A stretch of 64,000 bases of DNA from Zootoca vivipara (taxonomy: Eukaryota). The notes beneath the pieces are model-generated. The model was not told where the DNA came from. It was given only the letters and a program-made list of their open reading frames with translations, and made no database searches. Made by a program: the position numbers and the translations under genes. This document shows positions 12,687 to 26,048 of the stretch, piece by piece. Location of the stretch: contig NC_083279.1 of NCBI RefSeq assembly GCF_963506605.1, forward strand, positions 22,878,001-22,942,000. Direction: 5' to 3'. Within the stretch, counting starts at the first letter, position 1, and each line of letters begins with the position of its first letter.

Positions 12687-13085
12687 TAATTAAACTGGGC
12701 AATGAATAAACTGCTATCCCTGGTCTCTCAATAGCAGCTTGCAAAACCATTTAGTAAAAGGGACCAGCTGAAATCCAAACGGAAAGTCCTTTCTTCAAAT
12801 CTAAGCAACAGGAAAGGTTCATTGCCTGTCAGTCACAGCTCCGGCAAGCTCTTCTTCTTTTAAAGCACTTCAATTTTTCAAGCTGTTGGAGGGATTGCCA
12901 TAGATCCTGGGGGCATATGCCTGAAAGCAAGATCATAATTCAGCAGCAGGAGGTCTGCTTATCTCGCTCAGCAGTGAGCTGGCAGAGGACAAGAGCCCAG
13001 GCTTTGTTTATGAAAGCAATAAATAGCATGCCTGTTTTGTGGCCTAACTGGTTTTAAAGCCTATTGGTTGGGAGATGTTGGGGGA

Positions 13086-13137
<52 letters not shown>

Positions 13138-13740
13138 ACAAGTAGGGAGTCTATCCCCCCTCTTTAAAATAAATAAATAAATAAACCCAACCACACAACC
13201 TTTTCTTGTAGTTACAGCCTCTTGATCTCTTTGTTAAGATGTGCTTTTTAGGGGCCTCTATTGTCATTCAGGAAATGCCACCCCATCACCCTCTGAAAAA
13301 GAGGAGGGAGATGGCATTCGGGGACTTTGGTAGCAATTGGAAAGAGCACAGCTTGCTTGAAACACAGGCACACATGAGGGTGCTTCGAAGCACTACTTTT
13401 TTGACACTTGGTACGCAAAGTCCTATATTAGTTTTCCTGGTGCTTGTTAGTCTCAAAGAGAAGCTTCCGTCACAAGGATTCCTGCTGGTTTCAGAAGGTA
13501 TATACGAATGCAATGCAGGGCATTGCATTGATAGCACCCCTCAAGGACAGTGATTTTTTAAAATAAAAAAAATAGCAGATTCAGGCACTTTCCTTTTGTG
13601 AGAGGGCAGCTCCTTGCTTGTTTGGCAAAATAATTCACAACAGCAGAGAGACTGCACTTCTGCTCACCTCACTTCATACACACAAATCCGTGTGTGTGTG
13701 TGGAAACAAAATTTAAAAATTCATTCCAGTAGCACCTTAA

Positions 13741-14053
13741 AGGTAAAGGGACCCTGTGACCGACTCTGGGGTTGTTCTAGCATTATCGGCCGAGGGAGCC
13801 GGCGTACAGCTTCCGGGTCATGTGGCCAGCATGACAAAGCCGCTTCTGGCGAACCAGAGCAGCAAACGGAAACACCGTTTACCTTCGCGCTGTAGCGGTA
13901 CCTATTTATCTACTTGCACTTTGAGGTGCTTTTGAACTGCTAGGTTGGCAGGAGCTGGGACCGAGCAACGGGAGCTCACCCCGTCACGGGGATTTGAACC
14001 GCCGACCTTCTGATCGGCAAGCCCTACGCTCAGTGGTTTAACCCACAGTGTCA
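13741..14053 (-). mobile_element. Sauria SINE
   Basis: Reverse complement of the 3449-3912 family. Flanked by CAGTAGCA(C/A)CTTA(A/G)AG at 13727 and 14054. Confidence 0.9.
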
Positions 14054-14093
14054 CAGTAGCAACTTAGAGTGGCACAATTGCGGACTCTTAAAA

Positions 14094-14312
14094 GGGGACG
14101 CAGGTGGCTCTGTGGGTTAAACCATAGAGCCTAGGGCTTGCCAATCAGAAGGTCGGCGGTTCGAATCCCCGTGATAGGGTGAGCTCCTGTTGCTCGGTCC
14201 CTGCTCCTGCCAACCTAGCAGTTCAAAAGCACGTCAAAGTGCAAGTAGATAAATAGGTACCACTCTGGTGGGAAGGTAAACGGCATTTCCGTGTGCTGCT
14301 CTGGTTCGCCAG
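14094..14312 (+). mobile_element. Sauria SINE, 3'-truncated
   Basis: GGGACGCAGGTGGCTCTGTGGGTTAAACC head. Homology stops at 14312. Confidence 0.9.
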
Positions 14313-15768
14313 CTGACAGGAGCCACACCCTAAAAAACAAGGGTGCAATGGCAAAATGCAAAGTGCAGCTGCTCTTCAGGACCACCTCCATAACTATGCC
14401 GCTTCTAAGACTGTTTCTTTTTAAAAAAAAATCAGTGCAGTCATTAGCACTTCAATACTAAGCTCTCCCAATCCTCTCTACAATATTAAGTGCTCTCCCA
14501 AACATGTTTGCACTCCTAGCTCAGTGACATCTACACTGGCTTGGTCATGTCCACAGAATGGAGGCTGGCAGGATCCCCAAGGACTTCTGCCAGGATTTCT
14601 CTCTTAGAAAAAGCTTGTTTATTTGGCCTGCGGAGGATTGGCCAAATGGTGTACTTTGGGTTGGTTTTGCACCCTGCCCAAGAGATTGCTGGGAGGGGGA
14701 CAGATCACGCTTGCCAGAAGTCTAAACTGGTCACTTGCAAAGGGCTTTTGAACTTGGACTGAGGACTGCATAAATGTTAGGACTGAGGACCACAGAGTGC
14801 CTAACCTTGATATAAAGTAATATGTGACTTAACTGCTGTTGAAGTAATAAAGATTGCTGGTAATTCTCTGAGTTTACACATTTTAATCATTTCCAAATTT
14901 TGGTGGATAAACACTAAAGTAAGAGGGAGAGGAAATTGCACAAAGCATTGCTTTAAAAACCATCTTCATATAAGTAAATGCTTCAATATAAATATGATTA
15001 AGTATATTTCATTATTGGAGACACCAATCTATTATGACTGTGTTTTTAAGGATCTTTAAGATCTTTATGAAGTCAATATTACCCCTCATTATTTTAGGCC
15101 ATCTGCAAAGCAAAATTATCAGAAGGCGGTCTTCACTGTTCTGAGATAGACTTCTTTATCCTCCTATGACATAATGAAGAGGAACTCATCAGGAGATTAA
15201 TTGAAAAGTAATGCTTCTTAATAGTTGCTCTGTTTCTCTGATATAATATTGCTGTTCAGTGGAAACCCCAGACTGAGCTATTGGCAGCTGCTGAGCAACT
15301 ACAGAAGATTCCTGAAGCCTATGTGCTTGTCATGTGGCAATATCCATGATAGGGTGTATTAGCACATACTGTATTATGTATTATACTGTATTAGAGACAT
15401 TATGTCTCTAGTTGAAGCCGCCACAATCTCCAGTTCTCTGTTTCTGTTTCACTGCTGACAGGACAGCCCTCTTCAGTCATTGTTTCTCTAGGAATGGGAT
15501 GTATTCAATAACACATGCACACCAACTTCTGTGGTCCATGATGTCTACTGGCCTTTTTGCTCTTCTCCCATCCAATCAGGAGAAGGAGGGACCCAGCCAT
15601 TTTCTTCTTGGGCTGCCATCCCGACACCATATCCCTTTTTGTTGTAGCAAGTGAAGGTTTCCTTTTTCTGAAAAAGAAAGAAGAGTCAGTGTGGATTTTG
15701 GCACCTCCTCATTATCATATTCAAGATCTTGTTACTAACACACAAAGCACTGGACAACTCAGAGTCAG

Positions 15769-16368
15769 GTTGTTGTTGTTGTTGTTGTTGTTAGAATTTA
15801 TATACCACCCTATACCCGCATGTCTCAGGGCAGTTCACAGAATAAAATCAAAATATAAAACCACAAAACGCATAATCAAAATAAAAATCACAACTATCCA
15901 ATTTTCCTCCCCCTCAAAAGACACAGCACATTCTAAAAAGGCAAAGGATATCAAGCAAATCAACCAAAGGCCTGGTTAAAAGGGAATGTTTTTGCCTGGC
16001 GCCTAAAGGTGTATGATGAAGGTGACAGGCAAATTTCCCTGGGGAGAGCATTCCACAGACGGGGAGCCATTGCAGAGAAGGCCCCGTTCTTGTGTTGCCA
16101 CCCTATTGGCCTCTTGTGGAGGAGGCGCGCCAAGAAGGGCCTCAGAAGATGTTCTCAGGGTCCAGGCAGGTTGATATGGAAAGAGGCGGTTCTTGAGGTA
16201 TTGCAGTCCTGAGCCATTTAAGGTTTTATAGGTCAAAACCAGCACTTTGAATTGGGTCAGGAAACTAATTGGCAGCCAATGCAGTTGGACCAGGATCAGA
16301 GCAATATATTCAAACCATCTTGCTCCAATGAGCAACTTGGCCACTGAATTCTGCACTAGCTGAGGTTT
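15769..16368 (-). mobile_element. L2-type LINE 3' fragment
   Basis: ORF 16003-16356 (QNSVAKLL...QLHWLPI...FKVLVLTYKTLNG) matches the L2 ORF2 C-terminus. (CAA)n tail. Confidence 0.85.
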
Positions 16369-16735
16369 CTAAATCGGGTTACCAGAAAGACCACCTGACC
16401 TGGCATAAGGTCACTTAGTTCACCTGGGGAAATATTGTTCATGGCACCACACCGTGCAGAACAATATGGAGTGGTGACACTAAAAATTGGTATTTTCTGC
16501 CATTGCCTTGCACTTTGTAATGTCCACCCCTCTGTCACACGTGAAACATCACCCAAATGTCTTATAAAGACAGATCATTTTGCCCAGGTTTTCCCAGAAT
16601 TACTGAATTTCTGTTTTTTATCTGTTTTCATAAGACTGTTTTGCTAGTTCTTAGGTTGCATCTGTTTTTATTGCTTCGGTGTTGTGTTTTTGTATACCAC
16701 TTGTAGCTTTTGTAAAATGTATAAATGCTTTTAAA

Positions 16736-16872
16736 CAGGCATAGGCAAACTCGTCCCTCCAGATCTTTTGGGACTATAATTCCCATCATCCCTGACCACT
16801 GGTCCTTCTAGCTAGGGATCATGGGAGTTGTAGGCCAAAAAACACCTGGAGGGCCGAGTTTGCCTATGCCTG
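16736..16872. mobile_element. ~136-bp hAT-Charlie-like MITE
   Basis: CAGGCATAGGCAAACT TIRs and TSD CTTTTAAA. Confidence 0.9.
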
Positions 16873-19404
16873 CTTTTAAATATACCGTATAAATAAATTG
16901 AATAAATTGGTGTGATGGAATGGCTTCATGGGGCTTTATCTTCTCATGAAGGTCATTCTAGACCATTAGGACTACTGTAGAAGATGTGGTACTCCTTCCC
17001 CACTGGTAGAATCAGATGACAATACACCGTGCATTGCTCTTATTGAAAGGTATTGACTTATGCAGATATTCACAGTGAAGGAGAGATGTGATCTTCTATA
17101 TAAGCCATATATTTCACTTGCTGGTCTCCTCAGAGGATGCTCCACATTGCTTGGAAGCGACGAGTGCCAACTGGCTATGAAGCAAGAAGAATGTAGTAGG
17201 AGTGACAGTCAATGGATGGAATTGAAGGTGGCGACTCTGAGATGTGAGACCCATTTGCCTGGCCTCAACATGCTGAATATGAAGGGCATGGGGCATACTT
17301 TACGAAATGTATGGCTTTTCTCTTTAAAATGCTTGCAAGTTACAGCTTACTCCTTTCCTCAGTTTATGGTAAGAGGCAAAGTTTATGCAAATGTATAGTA
17401 AAAAGCAGACTATTTTAAAAAAACAACGCAAAAAAACAGCCCTTATTCCAGATGCTCAAATCTCCTTAAGATACAATGGACATTTCTTATTCCAGAACAT
17501 AGTTGTAGCTCCATTGAACATAAAAGATTTACATTAGCACCACTTAACTTTGTGAATAGATGCTCATTCTTTATAGAGCTCTAAAAAGTATTTTTACTTT
17601 CCCAGATTTGGCAATCTTACTGTCAGTTATTGTGTGCCGCTACGATTTAAGACAAAGATAGTGTATTGTTTTTTTAGGCTTCCTAGCAAAGAACAAAGAT
17701 AAATGTTATTCCAGACAAAAAGAATTGCATTCAGCAGTTTTAGTTGACTTGATCTGAACCTTTCAGTAACATTTGGTTTAAAAATGAAATACTGTAGCAA
17801 TAAAGACAAAGACTTGGTTTAGCTTAGCTAGATTGATTTTTACTGGCAATGTATGTAGTACAATGTAATTAAACTCAGGAAAGTTCTTTGTTATTTAATT
17901 TCCTTGCGTGCTAGAGCATTATGTACATTCACTCTGCATAGCCCAACACAAGGTGCAAAAACAGTATAGAAAAAGACTTGGATAAAAAAAAAAACACCAA
18001 TGAAACTTGTTTCTGCCTCCTTCTTGTGCCTCAAAGCTTACAATAAAAATATAGCAAAGACCCTGGATATCATAGTGGAAAGCAATCATTGGCACATGGA
18101 TTATATTTGCATTCTACAAATGACATATTTTAAAAATAAGGTCACTTCACTTGTGGCCAATATGAAACCAAGAGAACATTAAACATCCTAGAACCCATCA
18201 TCTGTTGCAGCCCTTGTGAAAAAGTTGCCTCTTCAGCAGTTGGTGCTCAAGCAAAAACAAAAGTCTTGCGAAAATCCATCAGCACAGAGCACCATTGTGG
18301 GCTGCGAGTCCTTTGAAAAGGCCCGTTGCACTGCATATTAACACCATTTCACACATTCCCAAGATGTATGCAATTACCTCAGGGAGAGGAGCTGGGAATG
18401 TGAGGTCTCGAGGGCTTAGATAATGACATAAAATAAATTGCAACGATTACCCATGTATTTTTCCAAGAGACATGTTATTTAAAGCCTATCTGGGGCTTCC
18501 AGAATGAAAGACAGAGGAATGTCCACTTTATGAAATTGCTATTAATGTGTGACCTAGAGTTGAAGACAAGGTTAATTATGGGTTTTTAACAGAAGTTTCA
18601 TTTTGGCTTAATATCAGTGCCTGGCTCTTAAATATTGAAGTAAGTTACATTTTTCAGGGACAATTGCCTTTGAATGAAGAATGACAGGTCTCTGATCTTT
18701 GCTGACCCTTACAACTCCCACTGTGTAATCCATAGCAACTATGTTTCTAAGGCAACCAGAGAACACGTAGTAGAATAGGATAGAACCATGAAATCTGATG
18801 TCATACTTTCTTCAGGATACAAAATGGAAAGTAATCTTTTAAAGCAGAGTTATTAAATGTTTTTGACCTATTGTGTAAAAAAGACGAGATGAGGCATGTC
18901 TAATGGGACACTCGCTCCATATGGCTTGGAAAAATAATTCTGGCTGGCAATTAAAACCATAGTAAATAAATATTGGTATTGAAGTGAATGAGGTTTAATT
19001 CTACATTATAACTGCTTGTGAATGAAGCTGCCCGTGTGGTAGTGGGGTCAACAAGGATGTGTTGAATATACCTCTTATCGTTTATTTCTTGGAAAAATGG
19101 GGTTCTGAATATGAATAGTTCAATAAGGATCAACTTTCCTACATAATCAATTGTGAAATAAAAGAGTAGGAAGGAAATCTGAACTCCACAAATAGGAAGT
19201 GTTTTCTGATTTACAAGATTCCTTCACCCCTTCCTCAAATGTATTCTACACCCCAACCAGAATATATGTATCCTTATTTGTGTTTTTCTCCACCAAGCTC
19301 CATTGGACTTGATTATACTAAATCAATAGTTTGGCCTAAATGCAATTAGAAATTAACAACACCAAACACACCATTTCTCTAGAAACGTGGTAACAAGTGA
19401 ATTC

Positions 19405-19675
19405 CCCATATGAACAGACCCGGACCCTGAGATCATCCTCTTAAGTGCTTTCTTGGTGTGCCTCCTCTATGAGAGGTCCAGAGGGTGGCAACATGAGAAG
19501 GGGCCTATTCTGCGGTGACTCGCCACTTCTGGAATGCTCTCCCCAGGGAGGCTGGTCTGGTGCCTTCATTAAATATCTTTAGGCACCAGCCAAAAAAGTT
19601 CCTCTTCTCCCAGGCCTTTGGCTAATTGAACAATCTATGGCCTGTTAAACTGGGTGGTGTGTGTGTGTGTGTGTG

Positions 19676-19713
<38 letters not shown>

Positions 19714-19795
19714 GTTACTACGTTATATATTTTTATTGTAAACCAGGCTGTGACCCTCTCATGAAAGGCAGTATAGAAATTTAATAAATTAATAT
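19405..19795 (+). mobile_element. L2-type LINE 3' fragment with internal (GT)n(GTT)n
   Basis: Homologous to 25020-25400 and to the reverse of 15790-16190. Confidence 0.8.
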
Positions 19796-20970
19796 ATAGT
19801 TCTGTCCCCCTCCCCCCAACACCAACTTTGAAATCTTCAGTGCCATCTTGGGTGCGTCACAGGTTCCCTGCTGCGGATTAAAATTACTAGAAAAATGCAG
19901 CCTTTGCTGCTGGCAAAAATAGTAGTACGACTCATGCAACACGTTGGCGAAAAATATCCACACAATTATTACCAACATGATATACATTGTTTATCATTCT
20001 TATGAGAAAAAGACAAAACCTAACACAATGCCACAGAAACTTATGAACTACCCAAACTAAGATGAACTTATAACGTCTGGTTTCACTAGTTTTTCCCAAG
20101 CTCAGTTTTTTTGTTTTCTTTGTATTTTTAGGTAAGTTCGTGAGAATTCCAACAAGAGGTAAGTTTGACGTTGTTCACAATGACTGAGGGATGCTGATGA
20201 AGTTGTAGACAGGGTGCCAGCATTCTGCACCTGTTTCGCCCTGGCAGTCCAAATAATCACAAGACCCCTATACGCCCACGTTGGGGGCACGCCTTCTGGG
20301 GCTTGCAGATGGCACACGCCCTTGGTAGTTTGGGGCTTCTTCAGTAATCTATTCTTGATGCATTGGTACGTACGTATATTGATAGTCTATAACATTGAAG
20401 ATACGATTTATTGGCTTAAGTTTAAAAGGCTGATATGAATCTGTGTCTGAATCCTCTCCAGGTTTCAGCCCCCCCTTTTTTTGCTCTGTGCTGTTTCAAA
20501 GGGGCGAGGAGGGTGTATCCCTGCAATTATTTTCTCTCTCGTTTGCACCGGCGAATACATCCTCTTCTTTAGTAACACTTGGAAAGAATTTAATTTTGGT
20601 CCTGTGTCTCCTCATGAGTTATTTTCTGAACTGTAAAGAATTAAATAGTTACCATAAATTCATTTCACCAACTATACCACAAATTAGGTTATTCAAGTAT
20701 ACAAAGGTATAGCCAACAGGGCAGGGAATAGGTTGCTGCTGTGTAAATGCATATCTCACACAACCTTTTTATATAGGCTAATAACTGCTAAAAGATATAG
20801 CATGGGTCTCTCATAATTTTGCAGCCACCACGCTAGATAAGGATTGGGCAAATCCTGTTAACCAACAATGTGCCTGACTGGAAGATGCGGGAAATCACTG
20901 CACTGATTATCACCTGGACCTTTTCATCTACATCTCTTGGATGTGTTAACACTTCACATTATCTAGTAAA

Positions 20971-21181
20971 GGTAAAGGTAAAGGACCCCTGGATGGTTAA
21001 GTCCAGTCAAAAGCGACTATGGGGTTGCGGCACTCATCTCACTTTCAGGCCGAGGGAGCTGGTGTTTGTCCACAGACAGCTTTCTGGGTCATGTGGCCAG
21101 CATGACCAAACCGCTTCTGGAGCAATGGAACACGGACCACAAGGAAACACCGTTTACCTTCCTGCCACAGCGGTACCTATT

Positions 21182-21219
<38 letters not shown>

Positions 21220-21650
21220 CAACAACAAATTTTTATTTATACCATGCCCTCCCCAGTCAAAACCAGGCTCAGGGCAGCTGACACCAGTAAAATTACAATA
21301 AGACATAAAAGAAAGAAAAACAATTAATTAAAATACAGGTTAAAATACAGTTTAAATTTTAAATTTTAAAATGCAGCCTCATTTTTAAAGTACAGTAGCC
21401 CAAATCAAAACCATAAGGGAGGAAAACATAGGGGTCAGACTGAGTCCAGCCCAAAGGCCAGGCGGAACAGCTCTGTCTTGCAGGCCCTGCGGAAAGATGC
21501 ACTGGTGTGCTTTCGAACTGTTAGGTTGGCAGGAGCTGGGACAGAGCAACAGGAGCTCACTCCATCACAGGGATTTGAACTGCCAACCTTCTGATCAGCA
21601 AGCCCAAGAGGTTCAGTGGTCTAGACCACAGTGCCACCCACATCCCTAGT
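20971..21650 (-). mobile_element. Sauria SINE interrupted by a LINE 3' end
   Basis: (AAAGGT)n tail at left and head at right. TSD ATTATC(T/C)AGTAAA at 20958-20970 and 21651-21663. Confidence 0.88.
21185..21498 (-). mobile_element. L2-like LINE 3' end nested in Sauria SINE
   Basis: (AAT)n(AAC)n then tttatttatacc..gccc, the same architecture as other LINE ends here. It interrupts the SINE between tttat and gcact. Confidence 0.7.
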
Positions 21651-21732
21651 ATTATCCAGTAAATCCTGCAATTCATTCTCCAGACAGGAGAGGCTCCCAT
21701 CTGATGTAGGATTCCCCCTCTTGTGTGGGCTA

Positions 21733-22000
21733 TATAAGGACGTAAGAAGCACCTGCTGACTCATGCCAGTGCCCATCTAGTCCAGCATCCTGTTCTCACA
21801 GTGGCTGAACGGATGCCTATGGGAAATCTGCAAGTAGGATTTGAGCACAATTGTTCCTGTGCTTTCCAGAAACTGGTGTTTGGAAGCATTTCTGCCTCAA
21901 ACTGTGGAGGCAGAGAAATCCATCATAGCTACCAGCTACCAATAGCCCTCTCCTCCGTGAATTGGGCTAATCCTCTTTTAAAGCCATCTAGGTTAGTTTA
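21733..22000 (-). mobile_element. CR1-type LINE 3' end
   Basis: ataag...gcccatctagtccagcatcctgttctcacag motif. Second copy at 22974-23180. Confidence 0.65.
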
Positions 22001-22195
22001 ACTATGCCCAGTGTGAAGAAGGGCTTTCATCTACATACTGTACACAGAAGTATGGGATCATAACTAAAGTGTGGCCCCTGTGAACCTGTCCCGTTTTGGG
22101 ACCTGTTACCTCTCTAGTAACTTAATTTGCAAATGCTTTTGAACAGAACTACAAAAAAAGTGAAAATGGTTATTAAAATGGCCAATTGAAAGGAC

Positions 22196-22289
22196 CAGGT
22201 GTTGACAAACTTGGGTCTCCAGCTGTTTTGGGACTACAATTCCCATCACTCCCTGGCCACTGGTCCTTCTTGCTAGGGATGATGGGAGT
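22196..22289. mobile_element. Truncated hAT-Charlie-like MITE
   Basis: Contains the gggactacaattcccatca...gggatgatgggagt core shared with 16736-16872. Confidence 0.7.
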
Positions 22290-22973
22290 ATCTTGTTGCA
22301 ATGTCAGGTAATTGAGAGGTGGGTGGCCCTGACCATATGTCCCCAGGGGAACATGTTCCCCTACTTGACCCCAGGGCGGGGCATAAGATTCCAACCTGTT
22401 GTCAGGGAAGAGGATGAAAATCTAACTCCATAAAGGCTTCTAAACATTTCCCATCCTTATTCAAAAGCAGAGGTGACCATGAGATGGATATTCTATTATT
22501 ATAACTGTGGAATGCATAAACCAGCTTTAGGGCTGATAAAACAACAAGTGTGGAGTTTGATGCACAGGTGTGTTGTAGTTGCATGTACTGTGTGTGTGAA
22601 TTAAAAGACATTTTAGAATATTATCCAGTTGGTAAACAAACAAACAAAAACCACACCTCAATATGGCCCTGGATGATACTCTCAGCGACAAATCTATGGA
22701 TGAAGATGTATGTCACGTCACAATGCCGAGGATGAATCAGTAGGCAAGGACAAAGGCCAATTCAAAATAAAGCATGTCACATTGCAAAAAACTAAGCAGG
22801 CCAGAAGATTCTTCTGAACAGATGTATACAGGTCAGCCCCCCAATATGTAAGCACCATGTGTCCTCTACCTGCCCAAGGTGACACTATGGATTGCAACAT
22901 GATTGAAGAGCTAAGTCTCCATCTGCCTGTGTTTGAGGCTTGAGAGGTGGGAACACCACTTCTGGTGTGTGAA

Positions 22974-23180
22974 TATAAGAATAGCTTACTGGATCAAGTC
23001 AATGGCCCATCTAGTCCAGCATCCTGTTCTCACAGTAGCCCCTCAAACATGAGCCCCTCTCCTCCCATAGTTTCCAGCAACTGGTATTTGGGAGCATTAC
23101 TGCCTTCAGCTGTGGAGGTAGAGCAGCGCAATCATGGTTAGTAGCCATTGATAGCCCTTCACGAATTTGCCAAATCTACT
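22974..23180 (-). mobile_element. CR1-type LINE 3' end
   Basis: Homologous to 21733-22000. Confidence 0.65.
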
Positions 23181-24649
23181 ATTTTTGGTTCTGGGACAAC
23201 TTCTGGTTCTGAGATCTATTGGATCTCCCTTGAGTAGACAGACCTGGTTGTAATGTTCTTGGAGCCTGGCAAATGCATCAAGCATTTAAAAAACCTCCTA
23301 ATGAAGATGCTTGGTTGTGTTTAGTAATAAAGATCAAGAGATGTCACAATTCCTCTGTAGGCAACACTTAGCAATCGAAATGCTATGGTGGTGAATTCCA
23401 TTTTTAAAATAAATAAATAAATAAAATTAGGCAAGTCCTGTTAAAGCTCTGGGTTTCCATTCGAACTTGGGTGGAGGGGTTTTGTTTATGTTCTTAGACC
23501 AGTTTCAATCTGCTCTCCAGGATTAATTATTTTATCAGCTGAAAAGCCGGAAAGTATCCTTATGTCTAAACGCTTTCATGTTTACATTTCAGTTTGTTTC
23601 TCTTGGCTGATCCCCACAGTACTCTTCTAATTCGATTGTGCTGCGAAAAACATTGATAGAGGACGACAGGCAAAACTTCCAATTTCTAAGGCTGCTGCTC
23701 TATACATGTTTAACTGGGAATAAATTCAGTTGAACTCAACAGGGTTTACCTCTGAAGAAACACGTACAGGATTGCACTGTAAGTTACCTAGAAACCCTTT
23801 CCCATTGAACTTATGAAACACGAATAAGCCACGTGCTCTTAATATGTGGTGTAACCATTATTACAGAAGTCACCAACCTTTGGAACCCACAGGGACATGT
23901 GAAAACCAGAAAAACTGCCGTGGAGACCACACACACACACACACACACACACACACCATAACCTGCAACTGTCCTGAGAAAACAGGACAGTTTTTCCTCA
24001 CAAGAAATAGCCGCCATGCGCTCATGCAATTTTGGGACACAATCTTTGCCCCCCCCAAAATGTGCATTTTTAAGTGCTGTACCTGATCTTGGCCACAACC
24101 TTGCGCGGGTCACGTGGCTCACACAGGAGTGCAGCCCCAGAAAATGGCACCCCAGTTTTCCCGAGCCTCGTGTTGGAGGGTATGACACACTGCAGTGAAG
24201 CACACACTGCTAGCTATTCTGTCGGCTACAAGAGAATAGTTCTTTCAAGCCTAATTTGAGCAGGGATCCTACAGACACTTGAGGAATCTCCTCTGAGCAC
24301 ATGGGCACCCAACCACACACCCCACATTATTATAGCCACCCCCTTTGCCTCTCCAGTCTCAGAGTATACTCAAAACCCACTAGACATAGGTTGAGACAGG
24401 CTCTAAGCCTGGCACTACACGTTGCAAAAGTCATGGAGCAGCTGATTTCTCCACCTGCTTTTCTCCACGTCTTTTAGTAATCTCGAAACAGGATGTGACA
24501 CCACCATCATCTGAGTTTCTTTGGCCCCTGGGGAAAACCTGAAGCATATCTTGTCACGTGTCTTGACTGACTAGACATTACCAGACGATGAGACATGGAG
24601 CTGTGGTTTTCAGCAGCAAGCCACTTGTCTCTTATAACATCTAGCTCCT

Positions 24650-25385
24650 GGATCCTTTGCTGTTGCTCGAGGCCGATGTGGCCTCAGTGGCCTGGAGTGC
24701 CTTCCGTCAGCTTTGGCTGGTGGCCCAGCTGCACCCTGATCTGGACCAGGAAAGCCTAACTATTGTTGTCTATGCTCTGGTAACCTCAAAGTTAGATTAC
24801 TAACCTTGCAATGTGTTATACATAGGGCTGCCTCTGAAGATGGTTTGGAAACTTCAGCTAGTGAAGAATTTAGTGGCCAAGTTGCTTACCAGAGCAAGAC
24901 AGTTTGAGCATATTACACCGATCCTGGCCTGACGGCACTGGCTACCAGTTAGTTTCTGTCCAGGCATTGACCTATAAAGCCTTAAATGGCTCAGGACCAC
25001 AATACCTCAAGGACCGCCTCTTTCCATATGAACCTACCTGGACCCTGAGATCATCTTCTGAGGCCCTTCTTGGTATGCGCCCTCCTCAAGAGGTCTGGAC
25101 CATGGCAGCATGAGAATGGGCCTTTTCTGTAGTGGCTCCCCATCTGTAGAATGCTTTCCCCAGGGTGCCTTCATTATACACCTTTTGCTGCCAGGCAAAA
25201 ACCTTCCTTTTAAAGCAGGTCTTTGGTTGATTTGATTGACATCCTATGCCCTTTAAAAATGTGGGGTGTTTTTTTTGGGGGGGGGAGTATTGGATTGTTG
25301 CTGTTTTTATTTTGATTATGCATTTTGTGGTTTTATATTTTGATTTTATTTGAGACCTGCAGGTATAGGGTGGTATATAAATTCA

Positions 25386-25430
<45 letters not shown>
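24650..25430 (+). mobile_element. L2-type LINE 3' fragment with (AAT)n tail
   Basis: Degenerate ORF2 (ALTYKALNGSGPQYLKDRLFPYEP). Homologous to 15769-16368. Confidence 0.85.
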
Positions 25431-25734
25431 TCCAGCTTCATGAGAAATGAACTCAATAACCTTCTGGGCAGTATAACCAGTCAGTGTCTGTGCCCTAAAG
25501 GCACATTTTTCTACCATGGAATGATTCTCATGGCCATTCTATGGTGGAGAGCAGCTGCTGGACTTGACCCTTGGCTATAACTTTGATCGCAACTCAGTTT
25601 CAAGAGTGTAATGGCTGTGACACCTCACTGCCAGCCATAGGAAGCTGTCTTTTCCTTCATACAACTATATAGCACAGTATTATGATTGGCTGCATTTGTC
25701 ATAAACATATGGCCCAGGAGGAGGTAACAGGAGT

Positions 25735-26048
25735 CAGGGCCTTCTCAGTGGTGGCGCCTCATCTGTAGAATTCCCTCCCTGGGAAAACATGGCTAACTCT
25801 CACACTGTTAAGTTTTAGGTGACAGTTATAGACGTGCCTATTCAACAAGGCTTGGGGGAGACAATGGAATAACTTACTGTTGATACTTTGTTATTATTTA
25901 TAGTCTGCTGTGTTGCTTTGAGTTTGGTAGTTATGATTTATGGCTTTCCATTATTGTTGCTGCATTGCATTTTATTATGCTGTATGCTGCCCTGTGCTTT
26001 GTGAGAGGAAAGAGGGAATATAAATACTGCAACAACAACAACAACAAC
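25735..26048 (+). mobile_element. Older L2-type LINE 3' end with (CAA)n tail
   Basis: agggccttctcagtggtggcgcctcatctgtagaattccctccc motif and tail. Confidence 0.65.
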
